Assembly: GCF_011745625.1 (NCBI RefSeq)
Contig: NW_027191458.1
Coordinates: forward strand, 310,001-374,000
Origin: Cladosporium halotolerans
Lineage: Eukaryota
Length of the DNA: 64,000 nt
Direction: 5' to 3'
Shown here piece after piece: positions 34,701 through 48,048 of this stretch. Both the position numbers and the translations under genes were made by a program. A model generated the notes under the pieces. It saw nothing but the letters and a program-made list of their open reading frames with translations. It searched no databases and was not told where the DNA came from. The stretch's first letter is position 1. Each line of letters opens with the position of its first letter.

Positions 34701-35719
34701 GACGAAGACAGTGCCGTTGCCGAAAGCAGACTTGGCCTCGGAGGTCGCACGCTCGAAAGAGTCCTTGAGCTCCTCCTGCTTCCAGACGACACGCATACCA
34801 CGTCCACCGCCACCGAAGGCGGCCTTGATGATGATCGGGAAGCCGTACTCGTCGGTGAATTTCTTGACCTCCTCGTACTTCTCCACGGGGCCGGGTGTAC
34901 CAGGGACAACAGGGACCTCGCACTTCATAGCGAGCTCACGAGCAGACACCTTGTCGCCAAGGTTCTTGATAGTGTCGGGTGTAGGGCCGACCCAGATAAG
35001 GCCAGCATCTTCCACCTTTTGCGCGAATTCGTAGTTCTCACTCAAGAAACCGTAACCGGGGTGGATGAGGTTGACGCCTGTGGACATTGGTTAGAGAATG
35101 AGGTTGAAATAGGCAGTGTTCTAAATTTGGCTCTCTGGTCCAGTGCGAAAATCCAAGGAAGGAACGACCAAGCCAACGTCAGATGAGTTGTGTCTGCGGT
35201 AATCCAGAGATCTGGATACACCATGGTCTTAGATCACACCTCATCTTTGGAGGTCACATAAAGGAGGCCAATGCCTGTCCCTTCCATGGAAAATTGCATA
35301 AACTGGGAAAAACCAAAAATAAAAAGCCAAGTCAACTCACCATGGTCAAGCGCAATCTTAATAATCTCATCACCGGCCAAGTAAGCAGCAACAGGCGTGT
35401 ACTGGCCACGCTTGCCGATCACGTAGGCCTCGTCGGCCTTCTGTCTGTGCATACCCAGGCGGTCCTCGTAGGAGAAGACGGCGACAGTCTGCAGGGACAG
35501 CTCGTGGGCGGTACGGAAGATACGAATGGGGATCTCGCCGCGGTTGGCGACGAGCAGCTTGCTGAGGTGCATGATGCTGCTGTTGGCGCGCAGGCGGTGG
35601 TGGACGGTGTTGGCGGTGTGGTGGGTCTCGCCGTGCTCGTCCGGCGTGCCGAACTCGTGGTTGTTGGCGGCGTCGGCCATGATGGTCGCGCGGTTGCTGG
35701 CCGCGAGGTCGGAAGACAT
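31731..35719 (-). CDS. PYC: Pyruvate carboxylase; exons 35341-35719, 33257-35077, 31896-33199, 31731-31835
   Basis: Biotin carboxylase domain (LLVANRGEIPIRIFR, GGGGRGMR, ERDCSVQRRHQK); carboxyltransferase domain (DTTWRDAHQSLLATR, IKDMAG, HVHTHD); biotin site AMKM|EM. Met at 35681 is an alternative start. Confidence 0.98.
35078..35340 (-). other. 263-nt fold-back spliceosomal intron (PYC intron 1), introner-like-element candidate
   Basis: GTGAGT..CTAAC..CAG ends with nested inverted repeats across the whole intron (see findings). Confidence 0.75.
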
Positions 35720-38213
35720 GGCTGTGTGTGAGAGGGAGGGAGAGAGGGGGAGGTATGGAGGAAGAAATTGGCAGAGACGAGAAGACGTCGGTGGTCGTGT
35801 GTAGTGGTCGACGCCGGCTCAATGCCTCGGCTGGTCAACAATAAACCCCAATGGCAGCCGGCTGCTCAATCGCAACGCTTGGAGGATGGAAGCTTGGGTG
35901 GGAGGAGGGGTTGCGGTGTGTGTATGGAGGAGGAAGAGGGTGCGAGGAGAGGAACAGGCAGGACGGTGGGCATACGGTATTACTACCACTGACTGGGCAG
36001 GGCCAAAAGGTTAAAGCTCGAGCTCCTCAGCGTGGATTGTCGCGTCCCGCCCGAGCTCCCTCCAGAGCCATATGACGAGCGCGCGGCCCGTGCACGCGAG
36101 CCCCGCGCCCACGGGGAGCGACAAGGCTGCGCCGAGGGCAGGGCTCGCCGCTTCCGACATCCCCCGTTCGCGCCCACGCGCTCGGAAAGAGTCGCAAAAA
36201 AGCACTAGAACCCGCCTTCTTGCTTCCATCAAGCATCGCAGACCTCTCTGACACCTCTTGGGCGCTATACAGCTGCTCTGGCGACGACCGGCTGTCGCTG
36301 GCCCTATGCGCTGCCCTGGGCCCGGCGAAATCTGCTGAGCCACCAAGACTGGTTGAGGCCACGCGCGCCCCACCCCAGCACACTCGCGCCGGAAAAAAGA
36401 CACACACGTTGCCCAGAGAGGGCGCGCGCGCGCTGTGGCAGGCCAGAGCCGCAGAGATAACCACCGCCTCCCACGCTGCACCCGGCCGGCCTTTACGAAA
36501 CGCTTTTTGCACGAGCTGCCTGGTCTGCCCGTCTTGCCGAGGCCGGACTGTGACTCGACTCTGGTTGCGTGGGTCACTACTATTATCCTCACGGCGGAAG
36601 ATTTGATGGCCGGCCGTGAAAGAGGCGAGGTGTGGTGACTCTCTTTTTCTGTCCCTCCACGGCGCATTCGGTCCTACCGTCCAGCGCGTCGTAACATTCC
36701 AGCTTGGCGATGCGTTCAGCCGCCGCGCTTCCGCGATAGAGCCATGCAAGCGGTGTGTGATCAGCTCACTGCGAGGCACACCTTTGCCAGTCCGTTATCT
36801 CAACAACCATCTGAACGTTAGCCGTCGATCACGATCGTCACTTTTTGTTCTTGTCATTTCTTGGTATGGACCAAAGTAGTGACTATGTCGAGGTTCTGCG
36901 ACGTCCCCTGTGAATATTGTTTTGTGCCATCTTCTGTAGCTTATTATCCGCACATCATCCAAACAAACAATGGCTCAATCGCCTTATCAACCGTCGCACC
37001 CGTGTATTTGCTTGCTTCTTCCGCTCCCACCACACAGCCGTATCATCCCATGCCGCCTCGGCCGCTGACATCCCGCGACCAGCGTTACTGCCTGTCGTTG
37101 AGGATTACACCGCATATCATCTGTCTGAGACGCATCAATGACCTGATCACCGCAGCCACGGTCCGGAAATAAACATGCAAACCCTGCGATCCTGCTCCTT
37201 CACCCAAAGGTACGGGTGCAAGTACATCACCACGCGAGCGAAAACCCCAGATTTCCCCTTTCCCACCTCGGCAAGCGACCCCTCCGCAAAAGTAAAACAC
37301 CCTCACTTTCACTATGCACCAGAATAATCCCAGAAAAAGAATAATCATTCCCCGTTAGGTCTATCCCACGGACAAACGGCAAATCCCAAAAGCGCCCCAA
37401 GTCCAGACCTCTCGCATGCACACCTCACCCCCCGCCTCTCGTCCCGACTTCACGTCGGGCGTAGGGAACCACTTTACTCTCCGACAACACCTCGTAGTCC
37501 ATCGTCCAATCTTCGACATCTCGATGTAATTGACAGCGACAGCAGGACCGCCCCTCGCGCCACCTCTCCATCTTCCCTCGCGAGCGATTCCTCCGCCCTC
37601 CGACGACGCTCCTCGCCCTCGGGTAAGTCGGTCCATAAGGGCACGAGAACGGACTTCAGTCTCAGACGTCGGCTGGGGACGGCCTAGAGTCGCGTGTGCT
37701 CTAGTAAAGCCGGGCACGGGTGTGTTTACCTAAGGTAGGGCGTGGTTACTTCTCGCGATGAAATGATTCGGAACCGCTATAGCCAAAGTGAGTTCGTGGA
37801 CGGGCGGGTTTTACGTGATCGGGCGAAGGATCGATCGGGATCAGGACGCGCGTGAAAGTCGCGCACTTGGGTTAGGAGTTTCCCTATTCTCATCTTCCTG
37901 GTTGAGTCCTCGATGATGGGGTCTAATAAGGTAGGGTGCTGCCTTCTCCCCCAGCTCTCTGAAAACACACATTTCCTCGATGAGCAAAACAGCGGTACTT
38001 CACGTAAAGTAACCCTTGAACCCAAACAATCAAGATAAAAAAAAAGGAGTAAGCTACGGGTAATGTACTGTACAGCGCTCCGCCCGCAAAAGAAGAAAAA
38101 GAAACCAAGCCAAACCACATCCCACACTCACAAACCGTCCCACAATGCAACAACTTTCACCATCCACGCCCCTCTCTCTCCCTACCTAACATACACTCTC
38201 CCCCTTCTCTCCC

Positions 38214-41200
38214 TCACCTAAACCCCCCAAACCCCGTCGCCTGCGGCACCATCCCATTAGCACCCCCACCATACATCCCGCCCGCCATGGGCGGCGCAGC
38301 AGTCTGCTGCTGCTGGATGGGGCCCTGGGTGAGCAGCAGCCTGCTCTGGCCCAGGATGGGCCCGTCGTCCTCGGGCTTCGTCTGCGAGGCCTCGCGGGCC
38401 TTGCGCTCGTCGTTGTCGCGGCGCAGGGAGTCGATGGCGGCGGCCTGCTGGGACATGTAGTTGATCATGAAGGGCATGGAGAAGTCGGTGAGGCCGTGGC
38501 GCCAGGTGAGCTCCATGACGGTGTGCAGCGGGAGGAGGTCGTAGCAGGCGTAGAGCATGCCGACGAAGCATTCTTTGCTGCCGATGTCGACGAACTGGGA
38601 TGCGATTGTTAGTTGTTGGTTCTGAGTGATTGGTGGCTTGATGACAAGGAAAACTTACGTAGTTGATGAGCTCGTCGACGACCTCGGTCTTGCCCGAGAT
38701 GGCGGCAGTCTCGATGGCGTCCTTGTACAGCTTGTCCTGCTTCGACAGGGCGATGGATTTGTCCCAGCGCTTGTTCTTGCGGTAAATGCTGGCGGCGATC
38801 TGGCGGAAGAAGACGAGGTCGTGCTTCTCGAGGCGTTGCGCGAGCGCGACGGCCTCGTAGTTGTCGTAGCTCTCCACGCTGTCGCGGAGGGTCTTGTAGT
38901 CTTCCTCCTCGATGAGCAGGTCGTTGATGGCATCGTTGACCGCGCGCTTGTTCTGGGTCTGCACGTTGAGCAGGAAGGGCTTGATGAGCGGAATGTTGTC
39001 GGACTTCTCAAACATGCGCACAACACGGTTGGTATCGATGCGAGGAGTGAGGACCTGAAGAAGGTCTGTGATGAGGGAAGGCTGCTCCTGCAGGTAGAAG
39101 TTTAGAGCCTTGTAGTAGATCTCCAAGTTGGCGACCTTGACGATCGTCTCCTTGAAGCTGTGGTGCTCCCAGGCGTCGGCTGCACGCTCCATCATAGCCA
39201 GAGCAGCGTTGTCGTACTCGTCGTAGTGAGTGTACACGAAAACAAGCTCAGGCCAGAGGTGAGCCACCTCGCAAGCTGTGATCACCTTCGGAAGGTTCAT
39301 CCTGCCCCAGAAGAGACGCAGATGCTCCATGACGCGCTCAGGATGGTACTTGGAGAGCACCACGCCAAGGGAAGTGAAAACACCCATGTGCGCTTTCTCC
39401 AGGCCGAGGCCAGCTTCGAGAAGAGCAATGAGCTCGTCGAAGTAGCCATTGCGCTCGTACTGCTCGACGAGGACTTGGAGCTCCTCGGCATCGACGATGA
39501 GGTGGAGACCACAGATCTGGGCAAGACGGAATTCCTTTTTGGCAACGCAAGCCTCGTTGACCTGTCTCCAGACCTTGACCTTGTTTGCTTTGCGGGCGCA
39601 TTCGACAGCAGCTTGATAATCCTCGAGATGCACGAGAGTGGTGGCAAGCTTGGCCCAGTGAGAGATGGAAGTGAAGAAGATCTTGGCGGCCTCGTGGTAA
39701 CCCTCTTCGTAAGCCTTGTCACCAGACTCCTCGACGTTAGCGACGTTAGTGCCGCGGAGGAAGTCCTCGAGCTCGGGAAGCTGGTTGGTGCGAGCGAAGG
39801 AGAATGCGAGAGCAGTATCGATAGGCGGCTCGCGGAGAGTCTTGCGCGCCATGCGGAGGTACTTGATGAGATCCTCGTCTTTGCCGGCGTGGGTGGCAGT
39901 CTCAATAACCTCGTTGTAGTTCGAGGGATCCTGGGCCTTGATGTACGACTCAACGGAGTCAGTGACACGCAGACCGTCGAGCTGTGCCTTGGCCACCTTG
40001 CTCCACACTTCGGGAATGTCGACTTGGTCGGCATACTCCTGGGCACGATCAATGCTGACGACGTGGTCGACAAGGACGTTGGTAGCGGAAGAGTGGTTCT
40101 TGTCCTTCTTGTAAATGAGGAAAGCCTCCTCGTACATGCCAACTTCGATACACTGTTGAGCAATGTCCTCGGGGCTGTAAGCATCGAGCTGCTGGATGTA
40201 GTTGGCAACGCGTCCACGGTCAGACTTGGCAGCAGTGAGCATAAGAAGGTTCTGAAGGTTGGCGTTGTCGCTGAAGGTGGTCGGCTCAAGGATGATCTTC
40301 TCAAGCAGCTCGATCAGCTCAACGGGCATGTCGGCATCAATGAAAGACTTGACGGCGATAGAGACGCGCTCAGGGTCAGTGCTCTCCGGGACAGCAGTCG
40401 AGATGACCTGGTCGACAAGCGAACGCCTGTGGATGTTGTTCTCAGAGAGAACGTAAGACCAGACCTCCGGGTCGGCGCGCTCGATGAGGTAGCGAGCCTG
40501 AGCACGGAACATGGAGTTCTCGTTGGTGATGCTGATGAGCTCAAGGTCGTTGTTGCCCTTACTGTAGGCAATGAAGGCCAGGTTGGGATCACGCTTCTCG
40601 CAGTACTTGCCAACGGTGAGCGTGTCATACATGTTGTTCTCCTTGAGGAACTTCTCGGGGTCGTTGTTGGAGTCAATGTAGATCTTCGCAAGCGCGTTGA
40701 AGACAGCCTGCTGTTGGTTACCGGACGCCAATGTAGCCTCGAGGAAAGGCAGAAGCAGCTTCAGGCGGTTGCGAGACTCGACCTCCTGGACAAGCTCATC
40801 GATTGGGATGCTCATTGGAGACACGGAGCTGAGCAAACCCTTGATGATGTTCTCATCGCAGTCAACATCGAGGAGACCACCAACAACGCCAGGAGTGCGA
40901 GCTGGGTTGACGCGCTGGACGTAAACCTCGATGGACTTGAACTGCTGGTTCTTGTAAAGGTACAGCACCAAATCGTGGACGAAGTTGAAGCGGTCGCAGA
41001 TGATGATCAAAGGCAGCTGCTCGGTCAGGTTGGCCTCCTTGAGGAAGTTCTTTACCTTCTCGGCATTCAGGGAATTGGACTCGCGGCAGATACGCTCAAC
41101 CTCCTGGAGCTGGCCCATCTTGGTCGCAGCCTCGATGTACTTGAAAGTGACATCCTCATCCTCGGTAATGTTGACAATGCCACCAAGGTAGAAGTAGAGA

Positions 41201-43422
41201 CCCTCAGCGGTGCGGTACTTCTCAAGTAAATCAATGATTCTGGTAGGACCAAATAGATCAGAGTACTTCTTGGAGATGTTGATAACTGCCTGCAGGTTCT
41301 GGCGGATGTTGACCTTGAGCATCTCGTCGAGGCACTCAAGAGCCAGCTCGACGGTGAGACGACCGAAGTAGTTCATCAGGAACTCTTCAGGAATCTTGTC
41401 CGTCTGAACGATGCAACGCTTGATAGAAGCGGGATCCTCGTAGTGCTCAAGCGCACGGGTCAGGAGGCCGGCATTCTCGCAGAGCTGTGCAACGCGGGGC
41501 CTATCGTAGTGAGAGAACATCTCGTTGCCGAGGATGGCGTCTGCGACTTGGGGAGCGTTCATGAGGTTCATCTCGAGGAGTCTGGTCTGGAGGTGGCCCT
41601 GCTCAGGCTGGTTGGCGGACAGAACGTCGAGGAGGAACGCAGTTGCCTGCTGAACCATGCCCTGAGACTGGAAGATGTCGACGGTGCGCTCCACATCAAT
41701 AAGGTTGATGTTCTCCTTCGCGATGGCAGTGGCAAACTCGGCGCCCTTCTCCGGGTTTACACGGACAATGTGCTGCAAAAGACCGTTGAAATCCGGAGTG
41801 TAGCCAACCGATTGCGAGTAAGGCAGGATTTGCTCGAAGTTGCCGGACTCGGCCATGGCGGCAATGACCTTCTGGGAAGCTCCGGCCTCCTGGTAGATCT
41901 GCTGCGCGAGGTTGGCGTCGTGAACACGGACAAGATCACCAAGCTGCTCGGAGCAGGCGAGCTTGGACTCCTTCATCCACTTCTCAAGCAGGTGCTTGCG
42001 GCCCTGCTGCAGGACGGGCCTCGCAAGCTCAAGAGTCTCATGCTCGTTAAGCTTGCCCTTGTCGAGAAGCATGCCGAAGTACTGCAGGATGACAGAGAGC
42101 TGGCCCTGCTGCTGCGGTACAGACTTGAACTTCTCGATTGTCTGAGGTGTGCGGAGGAAGCCTTGAGGTGAATTCGCGGCCGTCTTCGCTGCTGATTGGT
42201 AGTCGCCGGAGGAGAGAAGTTGATCGAAGCGCTGCTGATAGAGAGAGTCCGCGCCGGGCAGTCCAGCTCTTGATGCCAGCTTGTACGCAAGCTCCGCATT
42301 CTCGGGGTTCTGGAGGAGGTAGGGGATGAGGGTAGTATCGTCAACGGACACCGCGAGCACTTGACCCTTGCGGTTAACGCCAACAATGCCGGATGAATCG
42401 CTGTCGGGAGCGGTTGTGAAGATAGTGTCGCTGGAGATCCGGTTCATGAAGATGGTGGTGCCGGTCTCGAGATCGTAGAGGTGGATAAAGCCGTACTTGG
42501 TCACCAAGTAGATCACCTTGTACTTGCTCGACACCTGCATGGCAACCGGGAAGTCGTTGGCGGCCTCCTGAGGGAAGTAGATGTCCACCGCGCGCTTCTG
42601 GAAAACCGGGTTCGGCGCCTGGTGGTCCACTTCGACAATGTGAAGCTTCGCGCCAGTCGCTGTACGGTTCGCAAAAGTGAAGAGCTTGGAGTCTGCGGGT
42701 GCGTCTTCCAAGCGCAGAGTGCCGAAAGCTGCAGCATGACCCTCGATAGACTGGCTAATGCCGCGATCTCTCGAGTAAAGCTGCATGCTTCCCACCACGC
42801 GGTTGTTCTGCTGTGAGATGCCAACCACCACCATCCACTTCTCGTCATCGGCCACGCGGTAGTTGATGATCTGGCAGCCCGACAGGTTCTGGTTGCGGTC
42901 GAAAACCTTGGCCGGGCTAGCTTGCGCCGGGTCGAAGATGTTCCAGTGGTAGACGCTGGTGTCCGTGATCAGGCCAAGCGAGGTCTCGCTGAACCACTTC
43001 CAGTAAACCACATCCTCCGCCATTGTAGCACTCTTCAGCTTGCTCTTTTGCGCCAGATCAAAGATCTGCAGCGTCTTGCCGCCGGCCTTGAGCGCGATGA
43101 CCTGCTTTGACCAGTGCATGATGGCGCTATCGGCCTTGATGGGCCGCTTCATTACGTTGTTGCCATTCTTCAGGTCGACGATCAGAACTTCGGGAGAGGC
43201 GCTTCCCTCGGCCTGTTGCCGCACGCAGACAAAGGAATCGGATTCTAATGTACATGAGTTGAAACCTATCGACGCCGGCTGCTCCAGGCGTCAGTATGTG
43301 TTTGTGTTTGGGGCATTGTCGCTTGCAACCGCAACGCTCTGAGCTAGAAAATTACTCACCTGGACGCCACAGGAGGTCAAAGAAACCAGTTCCGTGAACT
43401 TGATGGGGAGTTGGGAAGCCAT
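38214..43422 (-). CDS. CHC1: Clathrin heavy chain; exons 43360-43422, 38659-43278, 38214-38594
   Basis: MASQLPIKFTEL..IGFNSCTLESD..RPIKADSAIMH beta-propeller, SQSIEGHAAAF, clathrin repeats, and C-terminal FVDIGSKECFVGMLYACYDLL..DFSMPF. Confidence 0.99.
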
Positions 43423-44282
43423 GTTGTTGTCGTGGTAGCGCAGCGCGCGTGTTTGGCCTCAATGCAACGTTTCCCCTTTAGGACGAGTCGCCCGTAGCAG
43501 AAGTGAGGCGGCACAAACCCTTCAGTCGCGGTACCAAAGGATCAAAGGAGCGAACGGGATTCGTGACGGCGTGTAAGGAGCAGTGTGGGTAGATGTGAGG
43601 TTGTGCAGGCGGAAAGGAGTCGTAGCTTGTATGCCATCAGCGAGCTGCAAGCTTGCGTTGCGTCGACAGCCGACGACGCTGCCAAGCGGGCCGTGCGCTC
43701 AATGATGGAGGCTGTGATCTTCAACTTCGTCAAACTCCTGGGCAGTGAAACTTGTGGTGGAATCACATGCAGTATTTGGATGGACGAGCAACAACCTATG
43801 CTCAGCTGTCGCCCGAGGATTATCGTGCGGTAATGCTACCTTATTAGTAGGATGCACTTGCATAATGGCACTGACTTGAGACATGTATTATTTGACGAAC
43901 GTTCATTGCTTCAATCCACACGTGACGATGGCAATGTATTGTTTGGGGGCCCTGTATGATTCTTCCTTTCGACAAGTGTTCGATGACAGCTCATTCACGG
44001 TGTCAGAGCAACCTATTCACGGCGATTCAATGTTGCATGCGATGTGTAGGTGGGATGCCTCCAAATGCGCAGAGGATGGTCACCCGGACGATCAGACCTC
44101 CGGCGCCGACTTTCATGTCCAGGTCAATGTCCAGCACATGGGCACACCCACGCATATTTACCACTTCAAACCCACACAAAGATTACAATGGCAATCAACA
44201 ATAATCATATAGGGATGGTGCAACTACGTTCGTCTTAGCAAGGCGATTGCACAGGCGCAGACCCAAAAGCCCGAGTGTTTAA

Positions 44283-44305
44283 TAGGGTTAGGGTTGGGGT
44301 TAGAG
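44283..44305 (+). repeat. Short interstitial telomere-like (TTAGGG) tract, ~4 imperfect units
   Basis: tagggttagggttggggttagag, between the divergent CHC1 and eIF3j genes. Confidence 0.6.
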
Positions 44306-45007
44306 CTTGCTGCCCAAACACAGGCCCCGACCTGTAGCAACGCTGCACGGAGGAAGGATCGATTACTGCCCAACCAGATAGCCATGAGGACACATGAGGC
44401 TCCATGCATCCTTGCACATGGGTTGTTGACTGAGACTAAAACTCTCGAGCTCAAGGCAAGGCCGTATTAAAACGAGTTGATTTGCGCATCACGAGGCGGC
44501 GCGAAGAGTGCGAATGCAAGGTCACGTGGGCATATATCGACGCGTCAAAGCCCGGTCGACAAACGGTTATGAACCTCAAATCCGATGGCAACCAAGGTTG
44601 GCTTGAAGCCTCAAAATCCCCCTCCAGGGGCTGTTATATGTAAAGTGTAAAACAGTATAGGGAGTTCATTGGGTGTCGCACCATCGCGGCAGGACGCTAA
44701 CGCGCCCGAGGACGCTAAGAATTATTTGCAGCCAGCCTTGCACGATGACACAACGCTCGCTCGCCCCCACCAACCATTTGAAGGCCGCACTCCCTTTCTC
44801 TCCCCTCCTTCCGATCCCCTACTTTTAATACAGCCGTCGCGCACTCGCAAACAGGGTCTTGTGACTTCCCTTCTACTCTCTACCCTTTAACAAAGAGACC
44901 GGCACCCTTTCCTCCCAAGCGCACACGACTATATCAGCCCCGCTGTGACTCAGCGCGACCGGCTTCGCATTCAAAACAACCACCCGCACACGCACAAAAT
45001 CGCAAAC

Positions 45008-45882
45008 ATGGCGCCATCCGCTTGGGACGACGAGGAGTCCGAGAGCACTCCCCCGTCCTCGCCTCCTGTTGTTGCCGCCCGCCGTGGTAAGTTTGACGAT
45101 GAGGAGGATGACGACGATGTTCTTGAGTCCTGGGACGCTGCGGAGGACAGCGAGGTTGAGCGCGAGAAGGAAAAGAAGGCTGCTGAGGCCAAGGCCAAGG
45201 CCGAGGCCGAGGCTAAGGCGAACCACAAGAGCAAGAGCCAGCGCATAGAAGAGAAGCGCCAGGCGAACATGCGCAAGAAGATGGAGGAGGACATGGAGGC
45301 TGAGAGCGACGATGAGACCGAGGCCGAGAAGCGCGCCCGCCTGCGCGAGGAGGAGAAGGCGAGTGATCTGGCCAACGCAGAGGACATGTTCGGCAACATC
45401 GGCATCTCCAACAACCGCGGCGCGAACAAGGCCGTCACGGTGCAGGAGTCCGAGGACCCCGCTTCCGCCGTCGACCTCTCCAGCATGAAGCTCTTCAAGC
45501 CGTCGACACCCGCTGAGTTCAGGAAGCTCAACGAGGTGCTCACCGGCCTTCTCACCCAGAACTCCAAGAAGCCGCAATACGCAATCTTCATGCAGGACTT
45601 CGCCAAGCAGCTCGTCAAGGACCTCAACAGCGACCAGATCCGCAAGATCTCTACTGGTCTGTCCACCATGAGCAACGAGAAGATGAAGGAGGAGAAGGCT
45701 GCCGAGAAGGGCGGTAAGAAGACCAAGGCTGCGAAGACCAAGCCCTCGGTTGTTGCATCCAAGGATGTCAGCACCAGGGCCGACACCATGGCCTACGATG
45801 ACGGACTCGATGAGTAAGTTCCCGGCGCTTGAGACTGCATGTTTGATATTTCTAAGCACAAAACAGTGACGACTTCATGTGA
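45008..45882 (+). CDS. HCR1: Translation initiation factor eIF3 subunit J; exons 45008-45813, 45867-45882
   Basis: MAPSAWDDEE, KFDDEE..DVLESWDAAEDSEVERE, SDLANAEDMFG, LSNEKMKEEK-like segment, and a terminal DDDFM supplied by the last mini-exon. Confidence 0.96.
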
Positions 45883-46837
45883 GCAACCCGCTCCTCCCCA
45901 CGACGGCTACTACATTTCCTCTCGCCCCAGCGTCAATTCTTCGACGATATCCCAACTCGCCCGAGGCTTCCGCTTCGCGACCGCGCCGAACGACCGAAAA
46001 GGCCTTCCGCCGCGCATGGCAATAAGTTCATTTCCTATAGGCGTTTCTTCTCGATCGCATGGGTTACAAGAGCGCTCTCCTCACGGTATTTTAATAATCT
46101 GGTAGAAAAAGGGGTCTCTTTTTTTTTGTCTCATCCGGCAAGCCTTTCACTTTCTGGTAGAAAGCACGGTAGTTTTTCTGAGAAAACGAATTTCCAAGGT
46201 TCATCGAGTCCATTTCCTATTTCCATTTCAGTGGTAAAACTTAGCACCACGGCTGTTTCCCGTCGAAAGCCTCTGACCGCTCCCTTCAGCGCCTGGAAGG
46301 TATTTATAAACACTCACACTCAGTTCAAGAGACACTCTACTTCTGTGCATGGTGCCACCCGACCAGAAGCCTGCTGTTGATCTCACAACAATCTCAGGCT
46401 AATGCCAGGTACATTGTTCACAGACACGGTAGGCTAAGACGCCAGCGTAAGGTGCAGACGGGACTGCTATCAAGCGAGGGCAGTGGTAATGCATCCAACA
46501 AGGGACAGGGTCCTTGGCAATACATGCTGTGTAACACTCGCAATCAGTCTCCTTCACTGGTCCTCTGTTGACTACTCTGCGTCTGCCCGAGTAACAACTC
46601 TTCCGACAGACATCACACTCGAACACACAATGCCGATATTCTTCATGAATCGTTTCTGCAGACCATCAGCCCTCACCACCGCCCACCAGATCAACAGACG
46701 GCTCACGCAGCACCTCCAGCTCGAAAAATAGAGTTGTGGAGCGGCCATTGACGTTGCTTATTATTCGTTCGCTTCCCATGGTGAAGATGATGGGCGTTAG
46801 GCTTCGCGTTGCGTAATGTTGCCAGGCAGCGACGTTC

Positions 46838-47377
46838 TTACTTATCAGCCCATTGATTGAGAATTCTCAGAACATCGTGTAAGGATGCCACAGGAGCGAG
46901 CACCGAGAGAATAACTAGGCACTCCATAGCACGCAGTGTCCGCTCCAGGACGTCGACATCAGACCATGGGGCGAAAACGGTGCTTACGGTTGCGGCGTGC
47001 AGTAACTCCATCAACTCCCAAAAATCAACGCCGTCGTCATCACAATCTTCCGGAACAGTTTCTTCATCCTCGGTTTCCTCCATTACTTCTTCCATCACTT
47101 TGTCAATTCGCATGGCGCATTCCAAGGCATCGATGTCTTTGTAAACCCGGATGGCATTCCGCATTTTGGCGACATCTGTTAGTTGTTGATTTGCGTTGAT
47201 GGTTCGCAGCCGATTTCTTCTATGGGAAATTTGAAGGCGCAACCAAACTTGCGATTCCGAGGGCTTCCCCGATGAATAGTGCCGCCCAGTGAACCTAGAC
47301 ACAAGACTCGCGGCCGATGCGTGATTTCCAAGAAAGCATGGACCGCGAATGCCACGCATAGCGATCGTCACCGACAT
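46838..47377 (-). CDS. Possible orphan protein, 179 aa
   Basis: ATG ORF with a basic, acid-free N-terminus, an acidic middle (EEVMEETEDEETVPEDCDDD) and a hydrophobic tail. No known motif. Confidence 0.4.
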   Translation of the reverse strand: MSVTIAMRGIRGPCFLGNHASAASLVSRFTGRHYSSGKPSESQVWLRLQISHRRNRLRTINANQQLTDVAKMRNAIRVYKDIDALECAMRIDKVMEEVMEETEDEETVPEDCDDDGVDFWELMELLHAATVSTVFAPWSDVDVLERTLRAMECLVILSVLAPVASLHDVLRILNQWADK

Positions 47378-48048
47378 GATAAGGTATTTGTGCGCAGAAG
47401 CGGAACAACCAATGATGGTGAAAGAGTAGGAGGAAAGGAGGCGTCAGGTAGGCCCAGGCATGCAAGGTACGATCATTCCTCCGCCAAGGATGCCGAGGTT
47501 TCGCTTAAACCAGCTGGCGGCTGCGAAAAAGGAGCGAGCCACTGAGGGAGAAGATTGCTGCGGCAGCGTGCAGAGCAGCGCTTTTCAAAGTGTTGGTGAC
47601 ACCTTAAGGTATCTGCAAGAGTTGTCGGGAGACAGCAGCGATCATGGCAGGAGGAATGGGGGGCCAAATGCGATGCGGGGCGAGCTAGCGCCTTTTGGGA
47701 AGCTGAAGTGAGGTTTAATGTTGAAACCAGCTGGAGTAATGTGAGAGCCTTCACAGCGCCACAGCACTCACAATATTCAATGCCGACCACATATACTTTG
47801 AAATCAAGATCACCAAGCTTGATACGAACGAGCGGTCATCGACTTCCATGACCAAGGGATCTCGCGGCTTGTCAATGCATACATCTAGCCTCGCTACGCC
47901 AAGAAGCTCCTATGATCAACTCGGATGCGTTTGCGGTGAGTCCATGAAACTCATCGCAAAGACCATAACGCCCCGCCATGCATATAGCGAAAACCGAGCC
48001 CAGCAAACGTTACTTTTGGGTCATGCAAAAGCCTTCCGAAAAGGCAAA

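Noticed and set aside
33396..35186. 596-aa + strand ORF (also 31812-33113)
   Set aside because: Antisense shadow of pyruvate carboxylase caused by high GC3.
36000..37800. Multiple 100-250 aa ORFs upstream of PYC
   Set aside because: GC-rich promoter-like DNA with Arg/Ala/Pro-rich random-looking translations and no motifs.
39160..41229. 689-aa + strand ORF
   Set aside because: Antisense shadow of clathrin heavy chain.
43450..44950. Possible telomerase RNA gene suggested by a CCCTAACCCT tract
   Set aside because: The tract is an imperfect multi-unit repeat and no other TER element was recognisable by eye.
44873..45859. 328-aa and 272-aa - strand ORFs
   Set aside because: Antisense shadows of eIF3j.
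25082..45882. Functional clustering of eIF3m with eIF3j, or of MPC1 with PYC
   Set aside because: They are separated by 19-28 kb of unrelated genes; consistent with chance.
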